The position numbers and the translations under genes are program-made. The notes beneath the pieces were generated by a model. That model was not told the DNA's origin. It saw only the letters and a program-made list of their open reading frames with translations, and did no database searches. 64,000 nt of DNA from Sedimentisphaerales bacterium. Its GTDB lineage: Bacteria; Planctomycetota; Phycisphaerae; Sedimentisphaerales; SM23-30. The stretch is from assembly GCA_963663965.2 (NCBI GenBank), contig CAXXFK010000007.1, forward strand, positions 96,001 to 160,000. The letters run 5' to 3'. Positions 39,748-50,844 of the stretch are shown in pieces (positions within the stretch are counted from its first letter, which is position 1; each line of letters begins with the position of its first letter).

Positions 39748-41802
39748 TTAATTCTGGTGTCGCCGCTGATAAAGCGAATCTCCGATTTGACGTACCGCTT
39801 CAGTTGTTTCTGGATAAGGAGTATCACAGATATCAATCAATCCGATCTGGTAGTTTTCGCCATCGCCCCGGCCCGTAGTAGCCTGGTCGCGATACTGGAA
39901 CCAGTGAGTGCCGACAATACCTGGGTTATCCAGCGCCGATTTCAGATAAGCCTGGTAACAGGCGGCCCGTTCCTGTTGGCTTTCGGTTGGCACCAATCCG
40001 GTATGAAACATACCCCGATCCAGCGCGCCAAAATGGAATTCACCTATAATCATCGGCCGATCCTGACAGCCTTCCGGCAATTTCTGCTGATCGACCAGGC
40101 GGCGATAGCGGTTGTATGAAACAATATCGCAATATTTTGACGCCGCGCGGGCCGCCAGATCGTTGACATCGGAAAACCGGCAACCCAGATAAAGCTGGTG
40201 GGGAGCGGCTGCTTTTAATTCTTCATTAATAACACGAAAATAGGTTTCTGCCACTCTGGTATAAAATGCGGTTAAATCTGGCCGCGCCTTATCCCGGTCT
40301 GGTATCTTATTGGCATTCTGTTCAAAGTTATCCCAGCTTTTATAAGACTCACCCCACGCCCGGTTCAGGGCGTCGATCGTTTGATATTTGCTTTTCAAAT
40401 CCTGAATGAATGCCGCTCGTGCCGGTTGCTCGGTCGGACTGGCCAGGGTCGCTTCTGCCAGCGAGGTATCGCTGCCCCAGGTCAGTTCGTTTTGTACAAA
40501 AAATCCAATACACCATGGATCGCCGATTTGTTTGTTCATTCTGGCAACGCCCTGTCGCACGCCGGTTCGAAACGCCGGATCGAACACATCGTTGAATTGC
40601 TTCCAATAACCTTGTGAACCGGCAATGGATGGACTGTTAAAACCAACAGTTGCGACATAAGCCGTTTGTCGTAATAAGTAGATTCTCTGGTCAGACCAGT
40701 TGCCAATCGTATTCAAACCCCAGCTGCGCAGGCGGCGATGGGTAATGCTGGCAAAGGTGTCATAATAACCTTCTCCATATTTCCTGATCAGATTAGCATG
40801 TCCGAAATTAAATGTCTGATAGGGTGTTTTGTCCTGATAATACCCATGCGGCGCCCAGGATCCTCTATCCCAGCACGAAGCAAATTCACCGTTGCGTTCA
40901 CCCAGCCAACTGAAATAATTCTCCCGCAAGCTGACCGGAGTCGAACTGGTATTAGCCACACAATCAACGCCATGTGACCAGAACAATCGCCCCGCAGGAT
41001 CAACCAGCCACCAGACACCCTTGATTTTTTCCACCCGGAAATAACCGGTTGCCTCCAGTTGCGGCCCGGCTGTCCAGCCGCCATATTGATTCCAGTTTTT
41101 CGGACCGGTTTGTTCTTCCAGAACGTGTTGTTCTTTTTTTCTGCCTGCAATCAGATCGGCTTCGTTAGTAATTTTTCCCGGCCAGTCAGCATGGATGAAC
41201 TGACCAAACCGGTCAATAAAAGGCAGAAATGTTTTCGTGTCTAAAACCTGTACCCAACCTTCCGCGCGCAGATTTCTAATCTCAAGACGATGTGTTGACG
41301 CAGGATGAGCGAGAAAAAAGATAACCCGCACCACACGGTCCGTATCGATCCGTCCGGCCGAGGGATAGCCACGCATACCATTCAGTTCCAATGGTTCGCT
41401 CAGTGTCCATGGGCTGCGATACAGCGGCACGGTAATGGTTTGCCAGGTATGGCTGGAAGTCATGACCGATGCGGTAATACTGTGTGAATTACTGCCGTTG
41501 CCTTGTGAATCATCGATGCGCAGATGAGCTTGTACCGGCTCCGGATCCAGGCTGCGGACATCCAGCTTGATTGCCCGATAACCCGACAAATCCCAGTATG
41601 TATCGGATAACTCAATAGTAATTCCCGGCCAGTCCGGGTGCGCCCGCGTTTCAACAATCCAGCCTTCGGCCGTAGCCGTCATTTGACCATGGACCGCCCG
41701 TGCCTGATCGGCTGAGACGGGCAAACGGTAGCCCGGATTTGTTTGAGCCCCGAGTTGAAATGCAATGATTCCGCATACGATTAATGCCGGTTTGATATTC
41801 AT
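39748..41802 (-). CDS. GH50-like beta-agarase/beta-galactosidase with N-terminal CBM-like domain
   Basis: FIDRFGQ..WPGK, TGYFRV..WWLVDPAG, WGLNTIGNWS, FVQNELTW, IIGEFHFGALDRG, HWFQY.DQ..TGR.DGEN. Confidence 0.88.
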   Translation of the reverse strand: MNIKPALIVCGIIAFQLGAQTNPGYRLPVSADQARAVHGQMTATAEGWIVETRAHPDWPGITIELSDTYWDLSGYRAIKLDVRSLDPEPVQAHLRIDDSQGNGSNSHSITASVMTSSHTWQTITVPLYRSPWTLSEPLELNGMRGYPSAGRIDTDRVVRVIFFLAHPASTHRLEIRNLRAEGWVQVLDTKTFLPFIDRFGQFIHADWPGKITNEADLIAGRKKEQHVLEEQTGPKNWNQYGGWTAGPQLEATGYFRVEKIKGVWWLVDPAGRLFWSHGVDCVANTSSTPVSLRENYFSWLGERNGEFASCWDRGSWAPHGYYQDKTPYQTFNFGHANLIRKYGEGYYDTFASITHRRLRSWGLNTIGNWSDQRIYLLRQTAYVATVGFNSPSIAGSQGYWKQFNDVFDPAFRTGVRQGVARMNKQIGDPWCIGFFVQNELTWGSDTSLAEATLASPTEQPARAAFIQDLKSKYQTIDALNRAWGESYKSWDNFEQNANKIPDRDKARPDLTAFYTRVAETYFRVINEELKAAAPHQLYLGCRFSDVNDLAARAASKYCDIVSYNRYRRLVDQQKLPEGCQDRPMIIGEFHFGALDRGMFHTGLVPTESQQERAACYQAYLKSALDNPGIVGTHWFQYRDQATTGRGDGENYQIGLIDICDTPYPETTEAVRQIGDSLYQRRHQN

Positions 41803-41903
41803 GATGGCCCCTTCAATACGATATTATGTTCCTCTGTCAGATGCCCTGTGCGCCTGATGAGGAAGCCAAGCGCTATTAAAGGTTTTTATCCAGTTATCAG
41901 GCG

Positions 41904-44900
41904 CTAAAAATGCATCAAGAATCGCCGCCAGAATGGCACACATTGTTTTAAACGCGTTTTCCATTCCAGAATTGCCCATTTTGTGTATTTATTTACAAAA
42001 CATTTCATCACTGCCTTATGTCCCAGTTTGATATGGTAATAATCTAATTCACCGGTCTCTATCAGGTATTTAAAATGTCTCAATAGAGGCGGGATCTGGA
42101 TATAGCTGCCAGGAATCCAGAATCGATCGCTGTCGTCGTTAATCAGGGATTCATACTGAAGATACGTTTCCAGAAATTCCTGATCATGTCCCAGCCGCAA
42201 GGCTCCTTCGCAAAGGACGCAAACCAGATATTTCATGGTATAGTCCGGTGCGATCCGAGCCAGGGTATCGTGCGCGGTCTGGTAGATTTCAGCTGTCTGA
42301 CGATGGCGGTTGCTGTCCTGGCGCAAACTGTTGATATATTGTACCAGCGCCCACATTTCGACATCATTTCTTTCGCGCCAATTGGTCATCCATTTCCGCA
42401 GGACTTTAACAGACTTTGGCCCACGTTTGGCCAGCGCGTAGCCGATCTGTTGCCAGACCGGGGTCCGTTCGTAACATCGTTGCTGATGCCGCGCCCAGTA
42501 GCGCAATACATGTTTTTCACAAAGATCGCCTGACAAACTCTGCATAACCGAGGCCAGATAGGTACCATTATCCCAGGGACAGGTCTCCAGGATGTTCATC
42601 AGTTCCATTCGCATCCTGACTCCTTTCGAACGCCATAGCTTCCGGCCCCATGGATGCCGTTGCCAGGCGGCTTCGCCCATCTGGATCATATCGAGCATCA
42701 TATCGAAAGCCGGTTTGCGTATCCTGATTCTCTGGCGCAGCAACACCAGGGCCGCTTCGACCGCGCGTTGATGGACTTCGCGTAATGATTCCCATACTGT
42801 CTGTTCCGGCCAGACCTCGTCATCCCCTGGCAGCTGCCAGACCTGCTGTGCCGCCTCGATGGCAGTGTCCCATTGGCCCCAGCGTGCGTAAAGCTGGACC
42901 TTGCGCGCCAGCACAAATGCAGAACGGGGATAAATCCGTTCAATGGCAGTAATGACTTCGCTTGCCTTGTCAGTATCTTTACGCTCCAGCAGGATATCGA
43001 ACCGGATCAAATGGACCGCTTCGTTTTCGGGAAAGTTGATTAATAACTGTTGCCATTCCCGATCCAATCGGCCCGTTTCAACGCCGGCCTGTGCCAGGAT
43101 ATGCAAACGCCGGGCGCATAGCACCGGATTGCCGTGTACAACCTCGGGTATCGCGTTGAAATATTTTTTGGCGCGTTTCCAGTCTTTATCCTGGGTAATC
43201 CAATCGATCAGGGTATCCCATCCCTGGAAATAACAGGGATGCTTTTGTAGCAGGCCGGCCATTTCATCAACGGCTTTATCGAGTTGGCCTTGTTGGCGAG
43301 TTATCGAGGCCAGTTGTCCATATATCTTTTCCGGCTCATCACAGATCGGCGCCTGTTCGTTTAAAAGTTGGCGAGCCTCCTTATACTGTCGTTTGTCAAC
43401 CATCAAGGAGGCCAGTTTCATGGCGGCCGGGGTAAAGGAGGCATTAAGCGCCAGCGCTTTGCGAAAACAGGATTCGATCCGGGCAATGTCCGAAGTTGAA
43501 GGACTTTGATAAAGTGTTTCGCCGTAAAGATACCATAAATATGCCCCGTCCGGGGCCAGTTCTGTTCCGAGGCGAGCCAGGTTAACCGCGTCTTGATGAT
43601 GCCCCAGGTCCATTAGCAAATGGATAGTCCGTTCGCGCAAATCAATACTTTCCGGGATTCTCTCCAATCCCTTTTGGGCGGCTGCCAGTGCCCGTGAATA
43701 ATCGCCCATCGAATAATACAGGTAGCCCGCATCCAGCCAGGATCGTTCATTAGCCGGATTCAGTTCGCAACCGGCTTCCATCAGTGCGACGGCCTGGTCG
43801 GCCTGTCCCTGACGCAACAGAACTTCGGCCAGTTCCAATCGGGCCCGGGCCTGGCGCGGTTGCTGTTGGATAATCTGTTTCAGAACCGGAACCTGTTTTT
43901 CGTCATCGGATAAAATGTCATAGGCCATGGCCAGCGACATTTTCAGGTCGAAGTTATTGGGGTATTTTTTCATTTGCGGCAAAATGATCTCGATCGCGCG
44001 TCGGGCATCCTGCCGGCCCTGGCCAAAATGCAGCAGCAAATCAATATTTGCTTCGATCAATGCCGGATCCTGCGGGGCGCGTTTGCGCCAGGGTTCGATG
44101 AGCGCCTCGGCCCGCTTCACGCCATGTCGGCGCGCTATATTCAAAATAACGGTACGCGCGTTCCATAAGAATCCAGTTGTCTTAAACAGGTTTTCTTCGA
44201 GGATTGCAATGATGCCGGCTTGTTTTTCCGCTGGTAAATGATCGTAGCAATCCCAGATGGCATGATAACACGCGGAATATTCCGGATTAATTGCCAGCGC
44301 TTGTTCTATCAACTTGCCGGCCTGGTTATAATCGCCTTTTGCCAGGGCCACCTGATGGCCGAAGAGTATGGTGCGTGAATTGTGGGGTGATAATCGAATC
44401 AAAGTCTGTTCGATTTGTTGAATCTCATCCATCAGGCTTTCGCGCTGATCAGGTGATGCCAGGCCAAACCGGTGCAGCAGTAATCGCCCCAGTTTTTCCC
44501 AACCCCAGCTATCCAGGGGATTACGTGCCGCGCGGTCGCGCAATAAAGCTTCGCCCCCTTCCGTTTCGAAGTTGTCGTTCAATTCATCCAGATAGATTTC
44601 TTCGTAGGTGTCGTTATGGGGATTATCTGCCAGCCACTGGGAAGCTACCGATAGGGTTGCCTTGCGTCCCTGTTCCTGCCGGAGTTGGGTAAGATATTCG
44701 CGCCGGGCATTCATATTATGCGGTTCTGTTTCCATCCACAACCGGCACGATATCAAGGCGTTTCGCCAATCGCCCTTAAGATCGTAATAATAAACCGCCG
44801 CTTCACAATAGGGTTCCATATCGCCTGTGGCGCGCAATTTTTCCAGGGTCGTTTCGGCCTGTTCCCACATTCCGTGCCAGGCTTGAAATCGTACCGCAAA

Positions 44901-47075
44901 CGATTCAATCCGGGTATCATCTGGCCTGACTTCGCGCGCTTGCGCCAAAACATTCAGCGCTTCTTCCGGATAGCCGTAATCCATCAAGGCGTCAATCCAG
45001 GTAATCCAGGCGCCGGCTCCCTTGACCAGTCGCCCGAGTTTTTCGGTCCGGTCAGACAGAAAGGCCAGGGCCTCCTGTTGTCGATTGGCCGAGCGCAAGG
45101 CATCGGCCAGGGCCCGGGCATAGTGGTCATTGGTGGGCTCCAGGTTGCAGGCAAGCCGCAGAAACAATTCGCTGCGAGCCTCCTGGCCCTGCCAGATATA
45201 CATGTCGCCCAGGGCGTGATAAAGTCCGCTGTTGGTAATTTCCCGGTTCAGAGTATCCCGCAGCATTCGAATGGCCTGATCCCGGCCTTCGTGAGAATAA
45301 CCCAACAGTTCCGCGTATTCCATGACGTAAAAGCCCGGAGGATACAACCATTGTTGGGCTTCCTGGGCACCGGGAATGCGACCTTGTTCAACAATTTCAG
45401 CCATGACTTCACGCATACGGGCGGAGTCACGCGTTAACCGTAAATGGAATAGCAACTCGTTGCGCACACTTATGCTATCCGGATATTCCGTCAATAAAAC
45501 CTCTTCCTGCTGGATAGCGCCATAGAGATTGCCCAGCTGCCCCTGATGATAAGCCTGCAACCGCCGGGCCATCGGCAGCCGGCCATAATCAGCAGTCAGT
45601 TTATCAATAATATCCTGGCAGGAACATGCGCCCTGGGTTTCCCTCAGTAGGCGATAGGCATTTGTCGCTGTTATTGGCGCGCTGTCTTCCTCTGGTATCA
45701 GATCCAACAAAGCGGCCTGATCCGCCGGAACGATTGCCAGCCCTTCCGGCCCGAATGGCCCATCGATTTCGTCCAGCATATCCTGTAGAATCAGATCCCA
45801 TCGTTCCTGCGAAGGATCGTGTGAAATGAAAAATCCGCACCGGTCATCATAGCCAATCATGGCGGTTGCGTGGGCAGAACCGATATATTGGATCATAATG
45901 ACGAAGGGTAATCCCGCGTCCAGCAGCTGGCGGGCCAGCCCGGCCCGGACAATAAATGATTTGGTGGCATAGCCTTTTTCCCGCAGCCAGTTGACGGCCA
46001 GCCAGGTCGGGGTACCATCGTAGGTCATGGCCCGGGCCAGTTCTTTTTCATCTAATTCATGGCCGAAGCGGCCCAAAACAGCGGCGATGCTGCAAGGCAG
46101 ACAGGTCAGGTGTTCCTGATAGACCGGACGGTATGAAACGATCTTTTGTTGCCCCTGCTGATTTTCCTTCAGATTGGCGGCCACTTTACGGTAGAATGGA
46201 TGGGCGATTTCACGTGAATAACGGGTCATTTTCTCATAATCGCCCGCCAGCATGGCTGCCCACATCTGGATATGACGGTACCGTTGTTTCGTTTCCCGGC
46301 AGGCCAGTGGAGCGAATGTGTCCAGTTGTTCGCAGCGGGTATCCATTGCGCTGGCAATTGCCCTTTTTTCATTGCCGCCCATACGTTCCGCGCGGATCGA
46401 CATGGTCCATAATGACATACCGCAGTTTTCCCAGCAGGGCGCCTCGTCTGCCAGCCTCTGAGCTTCCCGGCAGGCTTCATCCAGCCGGCCCAGCTTGACC
46501 AGGGCGCGGCCATATATGCTGACCAGGGCAGGAAAACGATGGCCGGTTGCGATTAATCCCGCCGCAAGTTCGTAAGCGCGATCCCATCGATCCAGATAAA
46601 AGTGGGCCCAGGATTCACAACAGTCTATCCATTCCGTTCGGGAAGTTTCTTTACGGGCCCGGGCCAGTTGATCCCAGGCCCGGTCACTGTCACGCACGCG
46701 CGCCCACAGCATGGCCTGGCCGGCCCGCCAACTGCTGTCCCAGTCCGGATTACCTGAATCCAGGCCGGGGTGCCGGGCCAGATATTCCAGGTCATCGATA
46801 AATTTATATTTTTTACGCCCACAATCCCGGCAGTATAACCGAACAACCGGATGTTCCGGTTCGCGCAGATAAGCCTGTCGAAACAGCCGGCGACTCAATC
46901 GCTGTCCACCCAGCCGGTTTCCCAGCCGCCCGGCGAACACCAGCTGTTCAACCGTCATTTGCTCCAGGATGGTTGCATCCTGCCACCATTCCCGCGTGCA
47001 CTCCCACGCCTCGAGATAACGACTCCGGTCATACAACCCCACCAGCTCGTTATAATCCAGTTCCGCAATTTCCAT
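41904..47075 (-). CDS. Very large TPR-repeat protein with an internal C39-like cysteine peptidase domain (~1723 aa)
   Basis: YQEHLTCLPC (Q/C), SAHATAMIGYD (H), HDPS (D); many TPR-like helical repeats; ATG 47075 after AGGAGA. Confidence 0.8.
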   Translation of the reverse strand: MEIAELDYNELVGLYDRSRYLEAWECTREWWQDATILEQMTVEQLVFAGRLGNRLGGQRLSRRLFRQAYLREPEHPVVRLYCRDCGRKKYKFIDDLEYLARHPGLDSGNPDWDSSWRAGQAMLWARVRDSDRAWDQLARARKETSRTEWIDCCESWAHFYLDRWDRAYELAAGLIATGHRFPALVSIYGRALVKLGRLDEACREAQRLADEAPCWENCGMSLWTMSIRAERMGGNEKRAIASAMDTRCEQLDTFAPLACRETKQRYRHIQMWAAMLAGDYEKMTRYSREIAHPFYRKVAANLKENQQGQQKIVSYRPVYQEHLTCLPCSIAAVLGRFGHELDEKELARAMTYDGTPTWLAVNWLREKGYATKSFIVRAGLARQLLDAGLPFVIMIQYIGSAHATAMIGYDDRCGFFISHDPSQERWDLILQDMLDEIDGPFGPEGLAIVPADQAALLDLIPEEDSAPITATNAYRLLRETQGACSCQDIIDKLTADYGRLPMARRLQAYHQGQLGNLYGAIQQEEVLLTEYPDSISVRNELLFHLRLTRDSARMREVMAEIVEQGRIPGAQEAQQWLYPPGFYVMEYAELLGYSHEGRDQAIRMLRDTLNREITNSGLYHALGDMYIWQGQEARSELFLRLACNLEPTNDHYARALADALRSANRQQEALAFLSDRTEKLGRLVKGAGAWITWIDALMDYGYPEEALNVLAQAREVRPDDTRIESFAVRFQAWHGMWEQAETTLEKLRATGDMEPYCEAAVYYYDLKGDWRNALISCRLWMETEPHNMNARREYLTQLRQEQGRKATLSVASQWLADNPHNDTYEEIYLDELNDNFETEGGEALLRDRAARNPLDSWGWEKLGRLLLHRFGLASPDQRESLMDEIQQIEQTLIRLSPHNSRTILFGHQVALAKGDYNQAGKLIEQALAINPEYSACYHAIWDCYDHLPAEKQAGIIAILEENLFKTTGFLWNARTVILNIARRHGVKRAEALIEPWRKRAPQDPALIEANIDLLLHFGQGRQDARRAIEIILPQMKKYPNNFDLKMSLAMAYDILSDDEKQVPVLKQIIQQQPRQARARLELAEVLLRQGQADQAVALMEAGCELNPANERSWLDAGYLYYSMGDYSRALAAAQKGLERIPESIDLRERTIHLLMDLGHHQDAVNLARLGTELAPDGAYLWYLYGETLYQSPSTSDIARIESCFRKALALNASFTPAAMKLASLMVDKRQYKEARQLLNEQAPICDEPEKIYGQLASITRQQGQLDKAVDEMAGLLQKHPCYFQGWDTLIDWITQDKDWKRAKKYFNAIPEVVHGNPVLCARRLHILAQAGVETGRLDREWQQLLINFPENEAVHLIRFDILLERKDTDKASEVITAIERIYPRSAFVLARKVQLYARWGQWDTAIEAAQQVWQLPGDDEVWPEQTVWESLREVHQRAVEAALVLLRQRIRIRKPAFDMMLDMIQMGEAAWQRHPWGRKLWRSKGVRMRMELMNILETCPWDNGTYLASVMQSLSGDLCEKHVLRYWARHQQRCYERTPVWQQIGYALAKRGPKSVKVLRKWMTNWRERNDVEMWALVQYINSLRQDSNRHRQTAEIYQTAHDTLARIAPDYTMKYLVCVLCEGALRLGHDQEFLETYLQYESLINDDSDRFWIPGSYIQIPPLLRHFKYLIETGELDYYHIKLGHKAVMKCFVNKYTKWAILEWKTRLKQCVPFWRRFLMHF

Positions 47076-47411
47076 GCCGTCTCCTGTTGTTCTCGGATAT
47101 ATCGTTCCAGTTTTTAAGAAAATCTCCAGCATAAAACAACATTTTTTGGTCAATACCAATCTACCACGGCAGATAAAATAAATATTCCGGCTCAAAATAA
47201 CTCTACCGGGCAAAATCTATTTTAAGCTTTTTTATGACTCTCTCCAACTAGAAATAGTCATATTGTTTTTATTAAAATACACATTAACCTTCAATGTTTT
47301 ATGTATGGGCCGCCCATTTTGTACGCTTATAATTTCATGTTCTTGACAAACCCAATTTGGAATATCTATCTTGTTATTATATTCGGTGAAATAAAATTGC
47401 CATCCGGCTCT

Positions 47412-47499
47412 AAACAAACCCAATTAACCCGTATTTCATGATAACTATAGCTTAACATTCGACTTATGAATGATTATCTGAGATAAATCAAACGAACCC
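47412..47499 (+). repeat. Composite intergenic element: AAACAAACCCAAT-N17-TAA(N19)TTA ... AAACGAACCC
   Basis: Same architecture and spacing as 30097-30151. Confidence 0.5.
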
Positions 47500-47693
47500 T
47501 ATGACTGAACGTCTATTACGATTTGGCTGGATTTTGCCGACACATCGGGTAAAATGAGAAAATAGAGTAACTATCGACGCGCTTGCCGGGTCAAAATCCG
47601 GGTAAGTGCTTTTGATTATTGAAAATTAAGGACTTATGGGACCCATACCTCCCCTGTGGGGTGTTGATGGATTCTCGATGGATAATTAAACCA

Positions 47694-50438
47694 ATGGCAG
47701 AAGATAAGCCTGAAGACAAAAAAAATGAGAAGAAACCAGTTGATATATCCAAATTGCTTGATGATCTGAGTTCTTCAATCGATACCAGTAATGAAGATCT
47801 GGAAAAGGTTGATATTAAATCCAAGCTGGTCAATCAGCCACGGCAGCCCATTGTCGTGCAAAATACCACCCGCAAAACGAATCCGACTGAACCTGAAACC
47901 AAGGCGCCCTCGCAAAATTCTACCAAATCGAATCATGAAATTCATGATGACGAGGAGGAAGGTTTCGAAATTCCCGGTGAGATCGGTATTATCGCCCTGC
48001 GTAATGTTGTGGTATTCCCAGGAACGGTGATGCCTCTGGCAATCGGCCGGCCGCGCAGTCGGCGCCTGATCAATGAACTGGCTACCGGTGTCGTTCGGGG
48101 CAATAGTGTGATGATCGAAAATCCACCGCAACACTCTTCCGACAAGATTGTTGGTGTGATTGCCCAGAGAAATCCCGAAACCGATGATCCCAGTTATGAT
48201 GACTTATATTCTGTGGGCGCCATTGTTGGAGTACTGAAGCGGCTCAAGCTGCCCGATGGTAATAATAGTGTTGTCGTTCACGGCCTGACCCGCTTTCGGG
48301 TGGTTGAATGGCTGGGCAAAGATCCGTATCTGCGTGCCCGGATTGAGGTAATACAATCCAATTTTACCCAGACCAAAAAAATGGATGCCCAGATTAACAA
48401 TATCCATTCGATGGCCCGAAAAATGATCGAGCTGTCAACCAATATCCCGGATGAAGTTCAGGTTATTTTGCAAAATATCGATGATCCCGGCGCCTTATGT
48501 GATTTTCTCGCGGCCAATATCAATATTTCGATTGCAGAAAAACAGGAAATTCTTGAGCTGACCGATGTGAACCGGCGACTCGATAAGTTATCCATCTCGC
48601 TGGCCAGTCAATTGGAATTGTTGGAACTCAGCGCCAAGATTCAGAGTAAGGTTCATAAGTCTATCGATAAATCACAGCGCGAATATTATCTTCAGGAACA
48701 ACTCAAGGCAATCCAGAAAGAACTGGGGGTTGCCGACCAGAAATCCGCCGAAATCGATGAATTGCGCGAACAGATTCTTGAAGCAGGGATGCCTGAGAAG
48801 GTGGAAGCCGAGGCCCTGCGCGAACTGGACCGGCTCGATAAGATACCTATGATGAGCCCGGAATTCAGTGTTCAGCGTAATTATCTGGAATGGCTCTGCG
48901 AATTGCCCTGGTCTCAATCGACCCAGGACAAGCTCAATATTGCCTCGGCTCGACGCATATTGAATACAGACCATTATGGATTGGATAAAGTTAAAAAGCG
49001 GATTCTCGAATTCCTTGCAGTTCGTAAGCTGAATCCGGACGGCCGCAGCCCGATCCTTTGCTTTGCCGGCCCGCCGGGAGTGGGCAAAACATCGCTGGGA
49101 CGGAGTATCGCCCGCAGTATGGGGCGCAAGTTCGTGCGAGTTTCATTAGGTGGCATACGCGACGAAGCGGACATTCGCGGTCATCGCCGCACTTATATAG
49201 GCGCACTGCCCGGTCGGATTATCCAGGAGTTGCGGAAATGTGAGAGCAACAATCCGGTATTCATGCTGGACGAACTGGATAAAATCGGCCAGGATTTCCG
49301 GGGCGATCCGGCCTCGGCGTTACTGGAAGTGCTCGATCCTGAGCAGAACTTTTCATTTACCGATCATTTTATCGAACAGCCGTTTGATCTATCCAGAGTC
49401 ATGTTCATCGGCACGGCGAATTATCTGGGCAATGTGCCGCCCGCGCTGCGCGACCGGCTCGAAGTTATCGAGATTCCGGGTTATACCGCTTTGGAAAAAA
49501 TGAATATTGCCAGAAAATATCTGGTTCCGCGCCAGATGAAGGAAAACGGTCTGTCCGAAAAACAAATTCAAATCAAAGATGATGCGCTTGAGACGATTAT
49601 CGAGTCATATACCCGTGAAGCCGGTGTACGTAATCTGGACCGCGAGATCGCTTCGGTGTGTCGAGCGATTGCCGCTGAGGTTGCTGAAGGCAAACGAAAA
49701 AGCGCAACGGTTACTGGGAACCAATTGGTCAAGATACTTGGGCCGGTCAAATACGAATCCGAGTTGGCGCTGCGTACCAGTGTGCCCGGCGTGGCTACCG
49801 GTTTGGCCTATACTCCCGTTGGCGGCGATATTCTGTTTATCGAAACTACGCTAACGCCCGGCAAGGGCCAGTTGATTCTGACCGGTCAATTGGGCGATGT
49901 GATGAAAGAAAGCGCCCAGGCGGCCCTGAGCGTGTTGAAGAGTCTGGCCTTGCAAAAGAACAAGTTCCGTGATGCGAATCTTCGTCGCTTGTCAGAAATT
50001 GCGGCTGACGAAAAAACACTGGTTCAAAATGATTTACATGTCCATGTTCCTGCCGGCGCGATTCCCAAAGATGGCCCTTCGGCGGGTATCGCGCTGTTTA
50101 CTTCAATTGCGTCGCTATTGCTGGATATTCCCGTTAACAAAGAAGTGGCCATGACCGGTGAAATCACCCTGCGCGGCACCGTTCTGCCTATTGGAGGCCT
50201 TAAAGAAAAAATCCTTGCCGCCAAACAAGCCGGAATCAAAACGGTTATTATCCCGGAACGCAATAAAAAAGACCTTATCGACCTTACCAAAGACGTTACC
50301 AAAGGATTGACTTTCGTTCCGGTGAGTAAAGTCGACAAAGTGATTCAAACGGCGTTACAGGCTGAAATTGCCAACCCGCTAAAGAGTTCTAAAAAAGCCG
50401 TAGAACGAAAATCTGGCAAAAAGAATAATGATACCTGA
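47694..50438 (+). CDS. lon: ATP-dependent Lon protease (endopeptidase La)
   Basis: LRNVVVFPG LAN domain, GPPGVGKT, RGHRRTYIGALPG, LDELDK, PKDGPSAG (Ser), GGLKEK (Lys); likely start ATG 47694. Confidence 0.97.
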   Translation: MAEDKPEDKKNEKKPVDISKLLDDLSSSIDTSNEDLEKVDIKSKLVNQPRQPIVVQNTTRKTNPTEPETKAPSQNSTKSNHEIHDDEEEGFEIPGEIGIIALRNVVVFPGTVMPLAIGRPRSRRLINELATGVVRGNSVMIENPPQHSSDKIVGVIAQRNPETDDPSYDDLYSVGAIVGVLKRLKLPDGNNSVVVHGLTRFRVVEWLGKDPYLRARIEVIQSNFTQTKKMDAQINNIHSMARKMIELSTNIPDEVQVILQNIDDPGALCDFLAANINISIAEKQEILELTDVNRRLDKLSISLASQLELLELSAKIQSKVHKSIDKSQREYYLQEQLKAIQKELGVADQKSAEIDELREQILEAGMPEKVEAEALRELDRLDKIPMMSPEFSVQRNYLEWLCELPWSQSTQDKLNIASARRILNTDHYGLDKVKKRILEFLAVRKLNPDGRSPILCFAGPPGVGKTSLGRSIARSMGRKFVRVSLGGIRDEADIRGHRRTYIGALPGRIIQELRKCESNNPVFMLDELDKIGQDFRGDPASALLEVLDPEQNFSFTDHFIEQPFDLSRVMFIGTANYLGNVPPALRDRLEVIEIPGYTALEKMNIARKYLVPRQMKENGLSEKQIQIKDDALETIIESYTREAGVRNLDREIASVCRAIAAEVAEGKRKSATVTGNQLVKILGPVKYESELALRTSVPGVATGLAYTPVGGDILFIETTLTPGKGQLILTGQLGDVMKESAQAALSVLKSLALQKNKFRDANLRRLSEIAADEKTLVQNDLHVHVPAGAIPKDGPSAGIALFTSIASLLLDIPVNKEVAMTGEITLRGTVLPIGGLKEKILAAKQAGIKTVIIPERNKKDLIDLTKDVTKGLTFVPVSKVDKVIQTALQAEIANPLKSSKKAVERKSGKKNNDT

Positions 50439-50440
50439 CC

Positions 50441-50827
50441 ATGAGTAATGAAGCTCATTTAATTGTATCCCAGCATGGTAAGACTTCAGTCATCTCTTTT
50501 GATGATGCGGTTATTTTAGACGCGTTTCACATTGATTTAATCAGCCAGAGGTTTTTTGCCTTAGTTGAACGGGAGGGCCATCATCGACTGGCTATCGATT
50601 TATCTACTATTAAAATGATCAGTTCTCAAACCCTGGGAGTATTTATCAAATTGAAGAAAATCGCCGAAGAGCGCGGCGGGGATGTCGTTTTCTGCGGTAT
50701 TGATCCCAGGCTTTACAAAGTATTTAAAATTACCAGTCTTGATCGACTGTTCCGTTTTTTCGAGGATCGCCAGCAGGCGATGGAATTTTTTTTGACCTGT
50801 GATTCTCAAGAAGAGATCAACGAATAA
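50441..50827 (+). CDS. STAS-domain anti-sigma factor antagonist
   Basis: IDLSTIKMISSQTLG...VFKITSLDRLF. Confidence 0.88.
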   Translation: MSNEAHLIVSQHGKTSVISFDDAVILDAFHIDLISQRFFALVEREGHHRLAIDLSTIKMISSQTLGVFIKLKKIAEERGGDVVFCGIDPRLYKVFKITSLDRLFRFFEDRQQAMEFFLTCDSQEEINE

Positions 50828-50844
50828 AATTATGAGGTAAACAT

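Noticed and set aside
44685..45437. 250-aa plus-strand ORF
   Set aside because: Antisense shadow of the TPR-peptidase gene
46206..46221. GATTTCACGTGAATAA, parS-like core
   Set aside because: Four mismatches in the outer arms and inside a CDS
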